Assembly (NCBI GenBank): GCA_051294375.1 | Contig: JBJCIZ010000239.1 | Coordinates: 2,369,476-2,433,475, forward strand | Direction of reading: 5' to 3' | DNA from: Paraspadella gotoi | Lineage: Eukaryota > Animalia > Chaetognatha | Length of the DNA stretch: 64,000 nt | Shown here: positions 1 to 16,400 of the stretch, one piece after another | Position numbering within the stretch: the first letter of the stretch is position 1 | Layout of the letters: each line of letters opens with the position of its first letter | Made by a program: the position numbers and the translations under genes | The notes under the pieces: generated by a model | Database searches by the model: none | Told to the model about the DNA's origin: nothing | What the model saw: the letters and a program-made list of their open reading frames with translations, nothing else

Positions 1-348
1 TTAAATAAAAATTTTACCAAAATGGAATAATTCACTTGACCATGATCGTATCATATTAAAATAACCAAATAAAATGTAAAGAACAATTTTGAGAGCTTTT
101 CAGACATATAGCTATCAGATTCCTGAATTCTAAGTTTATTGTAAAATCACAACATACTTTAAATGCGTTTATATTGTATTGAAGTTTACGTCTATTTATG
201 AGCGGAATTTTTCCCAGGGGCGTTTACATTGTTTGGTAGTCAGATTTTAACGAAAATCTCCATTGAAAAAATCTTCCTCGATTTCTAAGAACGACGTCGG
301 TTCCTATGTCTATTCATTCCGTCTTTTGTTTTTTTTTCTTCTGTCAAG

Positions 349-1650
349 ATCATCTCGATCGTCAGTGCGGATCGTACAGCGGCGGCAATAAGCGGAAACT
401 TAGCGTCGCCATTGCTCTCATTGGATTGCCATCTGTCGTCTTGCTCGATGAACCATCTACCGGTCGGTGAAAGGGATTGCCAATTGAAAAAAATTCGGGA
501 GATAAATTTTTTGTTAATCTTTAGTGTTAGTTTTCTCCCGTCTTCTCTACATATTTTTGTTCGTTTCTATTTCTGCCATTTTTTTTTTCTTCTTTTTATT
601 TTAATTCTTCCTTCCATCCCACCATCTTTTCCACTCGCCCTAACTCCTCGAAAAAAAAAAAAAAGGCGTCGACCCCATTGCCCGTCGCAAGTTATGGGAG
701 GCGCTGCTCGACTTGCGCGACAACGGGGATCAGCGGATCATCTTGACGTCGCACGTGATGCAGGCGCGGACCGGGCTTATCGTCCACGGGAACGGCCCCC
801 TTCGAACAACCCCTTTTCTTAACGTTTCGTTTTCCAGGAATGCGAAGTATTGTGCTCTAGATTGTGCATCATGGTGCGAGGAAAGATAAAATGCATCGGA
901 TCACCTCAGCATTTAAAGTCGAAATTCGCTCAAGGTGGTGTTCTTCTTTGTCTTTTGTCGCCTCTCGTATTTATTCATGATTAGGAGAAAAAATATACTT
1001 TATATACTTAATCAAAAATATAGAAGCATATACTTTATATATATACTTTATCAAAATATACTTTGTATTGTGCGTATTATACTTTGTATTTGTGGCGAGT
1101 CCGCGGCGGGATCTTGCCTTAAAAGAGCTCCACAACTCTTCATGTTATTGATTCTCCAGTAAATTGAATCGACCCTTTCTTCAGGCTTCACAGTCGTGGT
1201 GGAGTTTCCCGACTCGTCCGTCGCCGATGCCAAGTGCGAGGCCTTCCTCGCCAAGATGCTTTCCGTCTTTCCGGACGCGAGGTTAAAGGAGAAGAATCAT
1301 CTCGGAACGACTTACTCGTATGTGGTGAGTTATCGAACTAGAGTCGTCTGAATACGACCATACAAGTTACAATAGTTCGAGCGAAGTTGATCATTAGCCT
1401 TGCCGCTAGAACGACAACCGAAGGAACCACTAAAGCCCAAACAAAAGCTGAAACATTGGCTGCGCCGGCTGCCCCTTTTTTTCATTTATAGATCCCTACC
1501 ATACCCGGCCGCACTTGGGGCAAAGTCTTCGAGTTTTTCGAGTCCACGAAGACCGAGTTCGAGTTGACGGACTACTCGGTGACGCAGACCACGCTGGAGG
1601 AGGTCTTCATGCATCTCACCCTCAAGGCGGGAACGCTTGACGACGACTGA
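349..1650 (+). CDS. ABCA-subfamily ABC transporter, C-terminal exons (5' part outside window)
   Basis: Exons 349-462, 666-763, 838-934, 1185-1324, 1492-1650 give [65 protein letters not shown], the NBD2 and C-terminal motifs of ABCA proteins. Confidence 0.92.
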
Positions 1651-2163
1651 AGATTTATTGTTTAGAAATATTATAATTGAGTGACTTAATAAATTAACTG
1701 GCTTATCGTGACGCTTAATTACCACTTTTGTCTTGGAAGGTTGTTTAGAGTTAGGGATATTTATTATTTAGTATTTGACAGCTGAGAAGTTATAGATTTA
1801 AAGTTAGAATTGTAATGTTCCTGCGGCCCGTATAATAAACTATTCGAGTATGACCAAGGGACTAGTCATTTTTAAAACCATTTTCATATTTATCCCAAAT
1901 TTTGACTTAAATTAAAATGAAATTAATAAGTTGATGCTTAATTTTAATTTTATCACAGCCATACCGTGGGGAAAAAAGCCTGCAATGAAAGGATCGAGAT
2001 ATTGTAACATACACTAATAGTACAAACACAAACCTTTAGGCGATAAATCTCTTCGTTAGCCTGTTTGATTTTTATTCATTATTCTGTTCCTGATGACTGT
2101 TTTATCTTTTTGATTTCATTTCAACTTCTTTTTCCTAATTTCGTTTTTTTTTCCCGCCAAACT

Positions 2164-3846
2164 ATGAGTTCTTACTCGGTAGATTTGGCGGCTATTTTTT
2201 CCTCCGCTTACGAGCCGATTGATGGAGACACGGAGCCAGGAAGTGAGAACGGAGGCTTTAATGTATCTTCAACTGGAGATCCGACGCTGGCGGCTGCTGC
2301 GGAGGCGGCGCCGTCGCAGCTGTCTTCGGTCGGAAGTTCTGGTGCTGTGTGCGAGTGTTCGGGCAGCAGCGTCAGTGGTAAAAATATGAAATTACGAGTT
2401 TATCCCTAATTTTAAAGATTCTATATCAATAACACGAAATAAACATAAACAGCAAACAAGTAATAGTCGCGTCAACAATGATATACCCCTGATTTCAACA
2501 TGGTGGAGCCTAAACTTAACTCGGGATTTTTCTCTCCATTCCTACTCCAGGTCCGACACCTTCTATTTGTAACGAGACATCCTTCTCCCGCCAACAACAG
2601 CCGGCGCAACCCTCGCCGCGCATCAACCTCACCGTCAATCCTCTTAACTCTATGGCCAACTCGATCGTCGAAGCCTTCAAACGCACCTCTCCCGGATCGA
2701 GTCCGCCCGGGGCGTTCACCACCTTTGCGGCCACGTCATCCAGTGGTGAAACCACGACGCTCAAATATACGCCGCTGATTTTCGACGACGACGAGCAGCT
2801 TCCGATTTGCGCCCACAATCTTAACGCCAACAATAACAACAGCAACATCATAAGGAATAACAACCACTCTCCCAGCGCGTCGTTGACGACGGCTTATGGA
2901 GCGGCTGACGAGGCCGACGGTTGGCCGGCCGGCGGTCGACGCCGGGGCGTCTTCCGTGATCGAGTCTCCGTCAGAGGTCCTTTCTCCATGACTGGAGTCT
3001 GCATTGCGTTTCTCGTCTTTTTCATCGGCGTCATCTCTTTCGCCAGCATTGTGCATTCCAGGTTTTTTTTTTTAGATAAATATTCAAGCGGTGGTGATAA
3101 TAGCCATTATTATAATTAGAGTTGCTGTTTAAATTCTTTTTTTTTTTTTAATTAGACTATTAGTCCCTTTTTTTTAGTCGTTTGGCGGTTCGACTTATTT
3201 AATTGGCAACATCTAAACTCAAATCTTGAATTTAACCTTCAGTCAAAGAAAGCCGAAGCTCGATTCAGTTCCTCTTCATCATCATGCTCATCGTCATCAT
3301 AAACATCATCCCCGCGCCAAGTCCGCGGCGAAGGCATCGATCGAGACGCATCCGCCGCCGAAGCCTTCGTTCGTCCGTCGAGCGGACACCCTCCTCGACG
3401 CCTCTGAGAAAATCGCCGCCGCCGAGCGTTTGCTCGGCAACCTTTCCGAATCGGATGAGCTCCTGGTGCTGACCAGGCTGCGGCTTTTTTACGAAAGGAA
3501 GTTAGAGGAGGTCGAGACGCGACTGTCGAAAATGTTGAGAGAGAGAAATGGGCACGGGGATGAAAGTGGAGTGTCTCAGAAGTCCGACCGAAGCGCGGGC
3601 CCGGCCCCAGAATCGGATCATCATGACGATAAGCATGAAAAGACGGCGGCCAAGTCTCATGCAGACCAGGTTACGGTCCACGTGGAAAATAAATCGAGGA
3701 GCGGAAGTCCTTCCGGAACGCATCCAAGGGAAAAAACCGGCGCGTTGTCCGGATCCGGCGTCGTCGCAGCGGCGAAGGACGAGTCGGCGGTGCCGAAGCC
3801 TTTGTACGTGCAAACACGGACGCCGTTGGCGCGTCGAACTTATTGA
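2164..3846 (+). CDS. Orphan single-pass membrane protein
   Basis: Phase-compatible exons 2164-2377, 2551-3061, 3243-3846; one hydrophobic segment (GVCIAFLVFFIGVISFASIV) followed by His-rich and helical segments; GC-rich coding texture. Confidence 0.6.
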
Positions 3847-4357
3847 AGAGGGAAAGTATGAGGCTTCCCGGCCGTGAACTTGAAAGCGTGAAAACATCTC
3901 AAGTGTTTGTTGAACCATTAAGTGTTAAACAATTTTCTTCTATTAAATCATTTGGTAAATGTTCGTTAAAATCTTTATTTAAAAAAAAAAAAAAGAAGAA
4001 AAAAATCTGTTTGAGAGAAAATAAGGAAAACTGGCAGTTTCAATTCGGTTTCCGAACATTGTCTTCGGGTATAAAATAAATAAAATGAAGAAAAAACAGC
4101 TATAGCAGAAAAAAGGATGAAAGTATTACCGTAGAAAACTCGAGGCCTATACCGACCTTTCGTTGCCACCATATCCGATATAGTCTGAAGAATTTACTTT
4201 TAAAAAAATTAAACTTTAATTTCTGTCTTTTTCGTCTTCTGTTTCTTCTACCGCTTTTCTCGGTTTTTATTCTCGTCGCTCAGATAGAGATAGAGACGGA
4301 TAATAAGTTATTTTATTATTAAACTATTTTATTATTAAACTATTTTCAAGTTAGAAA

Positions 4358-5848
4358 ATGCTGCTTCCGCGCATCCTGGTGACCGACGTCTCCGGCGCCA
4401 CATACGAAGTAGAGGCGTTAGAGTCGCGACGTCAGGGCGAAGGCGACGTCGATGACGACGTCGCCGCTTTGGGCGCTGCCATCAGTGACGGCCTCGTTTT
4501 CGAGGAAGCGTCGGCCGATGACGGAGGCGGCGAAATAGAGGGCGCAGTAGGCGGACTGAGCGTGGACGACTTGGAAAGGCCCAAGATGAAAGCTTGGCTC
4601 CCAAATTCTGAAGGAGAGTCTGGTAAAAATAACATGCTTAGGCGCTTCCCGCTTACAGCTTAGCCTCAAGAAATTGTAACTAATTTAGATCACGCTATCT
4701 GTCTTTTGTTGTTCCTGACTACAATCGAGACTCTCAACTTTAGTTTCTCGTCTTTTATCATTTATAAAATGATATCATCGGTTAACTGTGCTCGCTTTAA
4801 GCGTTTGTGGAGGCGGGCGGCGACGTGGGCGCCCCTCGCGGCCTCTCCGCGAATCATCCAGTCGTAGAAAGACTTAAAAGATGCGCCGTCTTCGAAAAAG
4901 CCCGACCACCGTTGGAGGACAATTTCGAGACGTTTCTCAAGGTGTTGGGAGGAGGGAGAGGATAGGGTTTTAAGGGACCCTCGTCACTAAGAATTAAGTC
5001 GTTGATTTAATTTAATTAATTTCATATTAACTAATTGAAAAGGCAATAACAAAGACAAACGAGATTCTTCGTTTCAACCACGTATTACGAATATTCAAAA
5101 CAATAAAAAAAACGGCGATATACGAAGAAGAAGAAGAAGAAGAAGAAGAAGAAGAAGAAGAAGAGATAAAAGTGACAAGAGGTCAATTCGAGCCCCCAGG
5201 AGTTTGACCACCGTCCCCTTTTATTAGCGAATGCCAACTGATACGGAGATGGAGACCTGCGTTATTCAACGTTCGGCCTTGGACCAAAATGAAGATGAAT
5301 TCGGCGACGATGACAGAATCAAAGATGACGCAAATCAAAGTGATGAGGAAAGAACGGTCCAAGTTTGCTCCGACGGAGATTCATTGCCTACGACTGAGGC
5401 GAGAATTCGGGTTGGTTGGTGGCGAGGTTGTTTTGTTACAGGATTGCTCCTTTCTGTTGTTAATTTGTCCTCTGTCCGGTTGATTTTTTTTTTTGGTGGT
5501 GGGAAAGTAACGCATAAGTCGTTACGCAGTTAAATTTACTATATTGAAAAAACACACGAGAAAACAATTTAATTCTGTACAGACATAACACGAATCAATT
5601 CAATAAGAATAAAATTTGATCTTATGTCTATTATCTACGTACGTAGTTTTTGTGCTTTAAAACCAAAGCTATATTATGAAGCTAATAATTTAACATGTAT
5701 TATAGGTTCCTTTTAATTTCGCTGAAATTACATTTTGGCTTATTAATAAGTTTTTATTCAGGGTCGTAGTCGAAATCTGGTTCAGTCCATCATCTCCCGG
5801 GCGAAAGAAACTCTATATCACGAAAATATTCTACAGGGTGGAAACTGA
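4358..5848 (+). CDS. Orphan acidic protein with PxIxIT-like and AKAP-helix-like motifs
   Basis: Phase-compatible exons 4358-4622, 4802-4941, 5228-5410, 5762-5848; begins MLLPRILVTD, ends GRSRNLVQSIISRAKETLYHENILQGGN*. Confidence 0.55.
5124..5163 (+). repeat. (GAA)n microsatellite, intronic
   Basis: About 13 perfect GAA units. Confidence 0.95.
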
Positions 5849-6280
5849 AAACCTTCTATTTATAAATAACTTACCCATTTATTTTTTTATGATAATTTAC
5901 TGATTATATTTAAGTCGTTGACTTTTATAACTCATTAAATTCAATAGGAATGACGAAAGAGCTAATTTAAAAGCTAGTTTTTTGAAAGTCAAAGTTGGAA
6001 GTGATGACAGATTTTGCAGAATTTTAGAGATTACGATTTATACCAAAAAAAAAGCACTATCATAAAAAAAAAATTGTGATAAAAAAGTATAATATACGAA
6101 TCTCGACTTTTTGCATTGTTTCCTCGATTGGTCTCGTCAACTTTTATCGCAATATTCCTTAAATGAATAAAAATATCACTTCATCGGCGAGAGGAAAGGA
6201 CACGTATGTTTTTTTTTTTTTAAATGAGACCGGTTCTATTTAGTTATTGAAACAAATCAAAAGCGCCCATTTTGATCGAG

Positions 6281-9915
<3,635 letters not shown>

Positions 9916-10302
9916 CGGGATAAAAAAAACGAAAAAATAGTAAAAGAAAAATAAATAAGTAAAACTACTGATACGACGTCTACGTAAAGGGTATATTTTT
10001 CGTGTGAAAAAACAGGGTAGACTGAGAGGGGAAGAGAAAAGGCAGTATAAGAACAATCAAATCTTATAATTGCATTATCTAATCGGAAGAGATTCGGAAA
10101 TTTAAGTATAGGAACTAATAAGAAAAGCAAGAGATAATTAACTCTTCTTTTCTCATTACTAAAAGTAACGAAACGACAAAGAATCTAATTTATGCAGAAG
10201 CTGGATATATCATAATTAATAGGGTTTTCCTATTTGTAAGAAATCAAAATGATCAACAGGTATTTTAAGAAACTTTGAAAGAAATCAAGGATACTGACTT
10301 AC

Positions 10303-10568
10303 TGTGGCGGTATATTCACACTGCCTCATATCCACCGTCGTTCACCCAATCCCCTCGACTCCGAGGGGGCACGTACCATCCCAAGCGTTACGTTCCATCC
10401 ACAGTCCTAACGACTTCCCTCTGTGTTGACAAAGCGAGACCGTCCTAGGGTAACCACGCCAGTGACACGAGGCGTCACCGAGGGTCGATAGCCCCTAAAG
10501 CAAACAGTGAGATGCCCCATCCCAATGGGCATCACAGGCAAACCGGCTTTTGCGGTATTACTACCACA
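10303..10568. other. GC-rich structured element with TG...CA inverted termini (solo LTR, MITE or ncRNA)
   Basis: TGTGGCGGTA...TACTACCACA termini; several internal hairpins; sharp GC contrast with flanks; no target-site duplication seen. Confidence 0.4.
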
Positions 10569-12382
10569 AAATGTTGCCTCTCGTAAACGAAACAGTTAAG
10601 AAACTTCGTTTCTTTTGGAAGAATCAAATCAGTAAAAATCGCGGAAAAATATATATCCAGTGGTTACATTATCCACTCTAAGCCTTTTATTCAATTTTCG
10701 GTAATTAACTATAAAAATCTATTGAGCTTAATCTTCGTCCAAGAACAGCACTTTTTTTGCTTCGAAATGGATGCGCGGGTCTTTCTAATTCTTCTAAATA
10801 TTTTTTCTTAATTTGTCAGATTCTGGATCTGACATCAAATTAACTATTCATTATCTTTCTTTACCGACGAAAATTTTTCAAATAATTGGATGGATGCTTT
10901 TGCTCTCCGTCGTCCTTCATTGCGCCGTTTCATCGCTGTACGGCTTGTTCGTGATTCAGAGAAATCGGCGTCTGTATTCGAGGTTGACCGGACGCCGGTG
11001 GCGATTTGTTCTTCTGGTGTTTTTTTATCTCATTGGACTGGGATCAATTCCCGTCGCTGTTGATTTATTTCTTGACAAACGAAGTCTTAAGTGCGGAGAA
11101 ACGATAGCGTTGAAGGAAAATTTCGATCTGATGATGAATCTGATTCATGCGATTTTTGAATCGTTTCCACAGTTGCTCATACAGACGGCCACTGTGGTTA
11201 TTTCATTAACGAGTGGAACTTCAAAGCTGTGCTTAAATATTCGTAGTTTGATACGAGATGAATTATATTCTGGAAAAATTTATCAAGTGGAAGAAAATGG
11301 AAACTTAGCGCGTACAAATTATACCTGTTTATGTTTTATGGTTGAGAATAAATCAAATGCTAGAGGTTTTTACTGTAAATGGACTTTTGAAGAACATTTT
11401 CTTATTCTCTCTTTGGCTTTGTCCACGGTTAGTTTGGCAAAGTCAGCGGCTTTAAACCGTGCTCGTGCAATGGGTTTTCAAAATACAGAATTATCCGGGC
11501 AGAAAATTATATACGACTTGGCCGATATTATTCAAGGTAGTCTTGGTATCTCGATTAGCCTGTATCTTATTTCAATTACTTGTACAGTAACCACCATGTA
11601 TGCGCTGATATTTGCACCATGCTTGTTACTTCGAATTTTTACAATTAAAGAGCTGAAAGAAATATGTTTTAAACTAATAAATTTTAGCATCCAAAACACA
11701 TTTTATCAAACCATAAATCTTGGCAATCTTTTATTTCCCTTGTACAGTTTTTTAATATTTTCTACTCGGTTAAACGTGGAAAAACAAATCAGTCTCAATT
11801 CTTATAGATACGAAGAACTATTTAGCAACACCGAATTATATTGGGGCCTTTCTTATTTAACAAGTTTGAGCAAACAATGTCGGATCTGCCTACATAATTA
11901 ATTAAATTAATTATTAATTAATTAATAGATTAATTAATTAATTAATAGTTAATTAATTAATTAATAAATAGATTAATTATAATTTATGTTCAGCTTGTCA
12001 TCATCGATGTCCTTAAAATTGAGTCAGGACAGTTATTAAATGTTTTGTTTACATTTTATCAAAAACAAACAAATATCCTCTATTATCGAGCCAGGCGGGC
12101 AAAGCCCGTCCTGTCTAGATTTTTTTTCGGTTTAGCTTTCGGTCTCGCTTTTTTGCAATCATGGCTTCTGAAAGTGTGATATCATAGGGAGTTGAAATTT
12201 TCATATATGGCTTCTAATCATCAATATCTTTAAAATTCTCATGTTTCATATCAAATTGGTATTTGTTTATGTTTTATTTACAAAACAAAAACGTTTTAAT
12301 TATATGTCGCTCTCTCTCTCTCTCTCTTTTCTCCGTCACTGCTTCTTCTAAAAACGAGTTCCGGCTCTGCAGCGTCTGTCCA

Positions 12383-12440
<58 letters not shown>

Positions 12441-12480
12441 TACAAAAAATTTTTTAGATATAATGTGGGTTCACTAATGT

Positions 12481-12568
12481 AAAAATCGATGCCGCGAACA
12501 GGGCGCGAACCCGCGGGTCCTTTGGGTAGAGAATAGCTCACGCTACGTGCGGCGCCATAAGTACTGCT
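12481..12568 (-). pseudogene. tRNA-like fragment or SINE head
   Basis: Minus-strand T-arm GCGGG-TTCGCGC-CCTGT with B-box, followed by a T5 run; no proper acceptor stem. Confidence 0.4.
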
Positions 12569-12963
12569 GATTCTTTAACGAGTAAAGGGGCTGTAGAGCT
12601 TCTCTCTCTCTCTCTCTTTTAATTATTATATATCGCTCTTTCTCTTTCTCTTTTTCTCTTGCAGCGGCTGTCTCTCTCTCTCTCTCCTCTCTCTTTTTCT
12701 CTCTCTCTCTCTGTCTCTCTGTCTCTCTGTGTGTGTCTGTCCCTATCTGTCCGATCTTTGCGTGATCGTTTGTTTTTGGAAAAATTCTGATTATTTTTTT
12801 CCTTCTAAAACTTTTTATTATTGCCATTTATTCCGCGCTTTTTTTCAATACAAATCCCATATTTTCATCCGAGATTTTCGTGGATTTATTCTCTTCTTTC
12901 TCTCTCTCTCTCTCTCTCTCCTCTCTCTTTCTCTCTCTCTCTCTTCTTTCTCTCTCTCTCTTT

Positions 12964-12999
<36 letters not shown>

Positions 13000-13036
13000 C
13001 TCTTTCACTCATACACGCATTTGTTGTTTTATTGAC

Positions 13037-13240
13037 TATCATCGCATCAATGAATGACAATCATCGCATCAATGAATGACAATCATCGCATCACTGAATG
13101 ACTATCATCACAGCAGTGAATGACTATCATCGCATCAATAATTGATTATCATCGAATCAATAATCAATTCCTATTACATCAATAAATTACTATTACATCA
13201 ATCAATTAGTATTACCTCAATCAATTACTAGTACATCAAC
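13037..13240 (+). repeat. Decaying 21-22 bp tandem repeat
   Basis: Units like atcatcgcatcaatgaatgac, progressively degenerate. Confidence 0.8.
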
Positions 13241-13412
13241 AATTCGTTATCGCATGATCTATTCGTTTTTTCCCGGTTTTTTTTCATTAATTTTCTATGA
13301 TAGTGGGCTCTGGCTCGATCTTGAGTCTTTTAAGATTTTTTATTTTATGTCTCCTTCTCTCTCTCTCTCTCTCACTCTCTCTCTTTCTCTCTCACTCTCT
13401 CTTCTCCTCTCT

Positions 13413-13443
<31 letters not shown>

Positions 13444-16400
13444 TTTATGCAATAGCGACGATCCTTATGCTTTAAGATTTTTTTAACTTGCATCATTTTT
13501 TCAACTTGCATAATTTTTTCAACTTGCATTCGTCAAACCTTTATATCTAGCTTCTTCACTCACTTTCCTACCGGCTCACAAAATTTCATCTCAATCTATC
13601 ATGGGTTAAAATAAATAAAAAGATTCAAGTAAATGTGACTCATATTTTTTTCATTTAAACTCATTTCCACTGGTACGTTTCCACTGAAACTTTATATCAA
13701 GCTTCGTCATACGTTTTCCTACCCACACACAAAATTTCAACTCAATCTATCCATCCAATTATGATTAATTGGAGTATTTATTGGTTAAAATAAGTAAAAG
13801 ATTTTAGTAAATTCGACTTATGTTTTTTCCATTTAAACTAATTTCCACTCACACGATTCCATCGAAATTTTATATCCAGCTTTATCACACACTTTCCTAC
13901 CACACCACAAATTTAATTCCAATCCAACCAGCCAATCACGAGTTATTGGAGCTTTTTGCTAAGATGGGACGGATGGACGGATTGATTGACTAATTAATTA
14001 ATTATGATTAATTTATTTACTAATTGATTAATTAACTGATTAATTATTTGATTTATTAATACATCCTGCAGATACATTTAATATAAAAGGAAAAAAGAAG
14101 CATAATCAATTAGTAAAACAGGTTTTTTGTTTTTTTTCCATTTAAACTCATTTCCACTCAAACTATTCCATCGAAAACTTTATTTCCTGTTCAATCACAC
14201 ACTTTCCTACCCACATACAAAATTCCAGGTCAATCAGCCCATCCACTCATGAGCAATTGGTATTCAAATAGTGAAATATATTTTTTTGTTTTTCCATTTA
14301 AACTCATTTCCACTCGGACGATCCATCGAAACTTCATATCCAGCTCAATCACACACTTACCTATCCTCACACAAAAATTTCATTTAAATCCATCCATCCA
14401 ATCACGAGTAATTGGTGTTTTTTGCTAAGGTGGGACGACGGACGGACGGACGGACGGACGACGGACGGACGGACGGACGGACGGACGGACGGACGGACAG
14501 ACAGACAGACGGACGGACGGACATCATTTTTTTGCATAATTTATCATAATTCGATGTTCTGACATGATATAAGTGTGTGCCCGACAATATTGAGAGGGGC
14601 GGACCGACGGACCGAAAAAGTGAGTTATAAAAAGTGAGTTATAGAGTTCGGATCTGCTGATAAGCAGATCCGACTAAAAATGACAAACTAAAAAATATCA
14701 ACCTTAAAACTGCAGAAATATTATATGAGAATTGCCCAATTAAAAAAAAAAATATTGAACACTTTGACCATAAGGGGGATAACCCTTTCGACTATAGTAA
14801 AAGACAAACGCCTTCGAAATCTATTAACCTTGGAAATTATGTTTTGTTCTATCCCGATATTAAATATATAAATGTGATAGTTTCAATGGACTTGATAGCA
14901 GGTTCAATATTTTTTTCCCTACACTTATCAAAAAAACGAATGCTTCAGATATATTTTTTGCCTTCAATGCCGTTATTCGCCTCGATTTGTATTAATTTAC
15001 TAAACATTCAATATTTTATGCTCATGAATGAAAAAAATTTTGATAGGGAAGAGAAGTTTAAATCACGGATGTACATGATTTCTAAGCTCGTTTCGGGATT
15101 TTTACCTACCATGTTGGCGACATTACTGGCTATACTATTCCAAAAGGTTGTCGCAGCGCTTTACCGATTTAAAATATTTGTTTTAATGTTCATAATACTT
15201 TCTACATATTTGCCATTCATGGTTTTCGGATGGAATCAAAATAATTTCTCGAGTGGATTTTTAAAAAGTTTAAATATTTTCTGTACGAGCCCCATTAACA
15301 TTACCGAGACAAAGTCAACAGCCCTTTGGAAAAAGTTGACCAGGGACCTTTTTTTATTTTTATTTCTTGAAGAAAATTTTTTTTGCTTCTGCAGCATTTC
15401 ATTTTTCCCACTTCTCGGTACAATTACATTCATTCTAAAAAAGCTAAGAAAGACTAATTTTACTAAAATTATCTCGATTACAGTAGTAGTAGCTTTTTTT
15501 TTCTCTATCTACATATTAGTTGACGTGATACCGCGTATTACTGCAAAGATAGGAAATATACCACGTTACAACCGAATGCTGACTGGGGACGGTGTAGTGA
15601 TGGTGCGTACGTTTATGCCACACTTGGATCTCGCAGAACATAAAACAATTTACGGAGCCACCTTTCTTATTCACAGATGCAGAATTTCTTTTATGGGGCC
15701 CATTGAAAAACGAAATCACTTTGCATTTACTTCTAATGGATATTATAAAATGACTCTTTCGGCTATAAGAATCTTTATCGCCCTTATGAAAAAGGCATTT
15801 AAAGATGAAGCAAATTTTCTCTCTCTTTGTTACCTAATAATACCCGCCTCACTCCTGATATTATGCCTCAATTAAAAGGACAACCAGTTTTTTTTCCATC
15901 TCACTTTAAAAACATTTTATATTATTGCACATTTCTTTGGCCTATAAAGTGCCAAAAAACGTTTTACCACCAAAAAAGATAATATAATATATTCATTCAG
16001 TTATAATTGATAAAATAATTGTTTTTAATTTATCTTTAATACCCAACTTGAGGTTTCAGCAGGGGCATTTTGTTATGTTTTTAAGTTATTTTTAATAACC
16101 AGAAAGAAATATTTTTTTTTCAATGTATTTGTCGGTTTATTCACCAAATAAAAATTATATACATGAACGATTCATGAAACGTTTAACTTTGACGAAAAAT
16201 AAAGTTTTGTCTTATTTCTATAAAAATATAGAAATGATCTCGTAGCTTAGTTTTCCTTCACGTTAACGTCTCAATTCTGTTTTTATTTGGTTTACATTGT
16301 ATCTGATGTATGCTACTGTATATGATATTGCTATTGATATGAAATAAAATCCTCATAAAAAACTAATTTTTTTAAGTTAGTGGTTTAACCAGGTTTATTA

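Larger units (their letters stand above)
12083..13330 (+). mobile_element. Second HINE-like element nested in the first
   Basis: Subterminal IR atcgagccag (12085)/ctggctcgat (13310), 5' hairpin caggcgggc-aaa-gcccgtcctg, 3' hairpin ggctc-gatctt-gagtc then T run; contains (CT)n tracts and a 22-bp tandem repeat. Confidence 0.65.
11859..14680 (-). mobile_element. Helentron-associated non-autonomous element (HINE/DINE-like), outer
   Basis: Minus strand starts TTTTTAG plus palindrome (tcggatctgct-gata-agcagatccga), (GTCC)n tract at 14432-14521, about 160-180 bp internal repeats, 11-bp subterminal IR gtcggatctgc (11879)/gcagatccgac (14664), terminal hairpin then CTTGTT. Confidence 0.8.
10767..15875 (+). 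pseudogene. XK-related (Xkr) multipass membrane protein, disrupted
   Basis: MDARVFLILLNIFS then a 1-nt frameshift to (Y)LSDSGSDI; XK motif HAIFESFPQLLIQ and SLALSTVSLA; ORF runs into an element at 11859 and an open frame resumes at about 14679 through 15875. Confidence 0.6.

Noticed and set aside
12263-13475. ORFs rich in SL or ER dipeptides
   Set aside because: Translations of (CT)n microsatellites inside the nested elements
14402-14587. ORF with SVRP repeats
   Set aside because: Translation of the (GTCC)n tract
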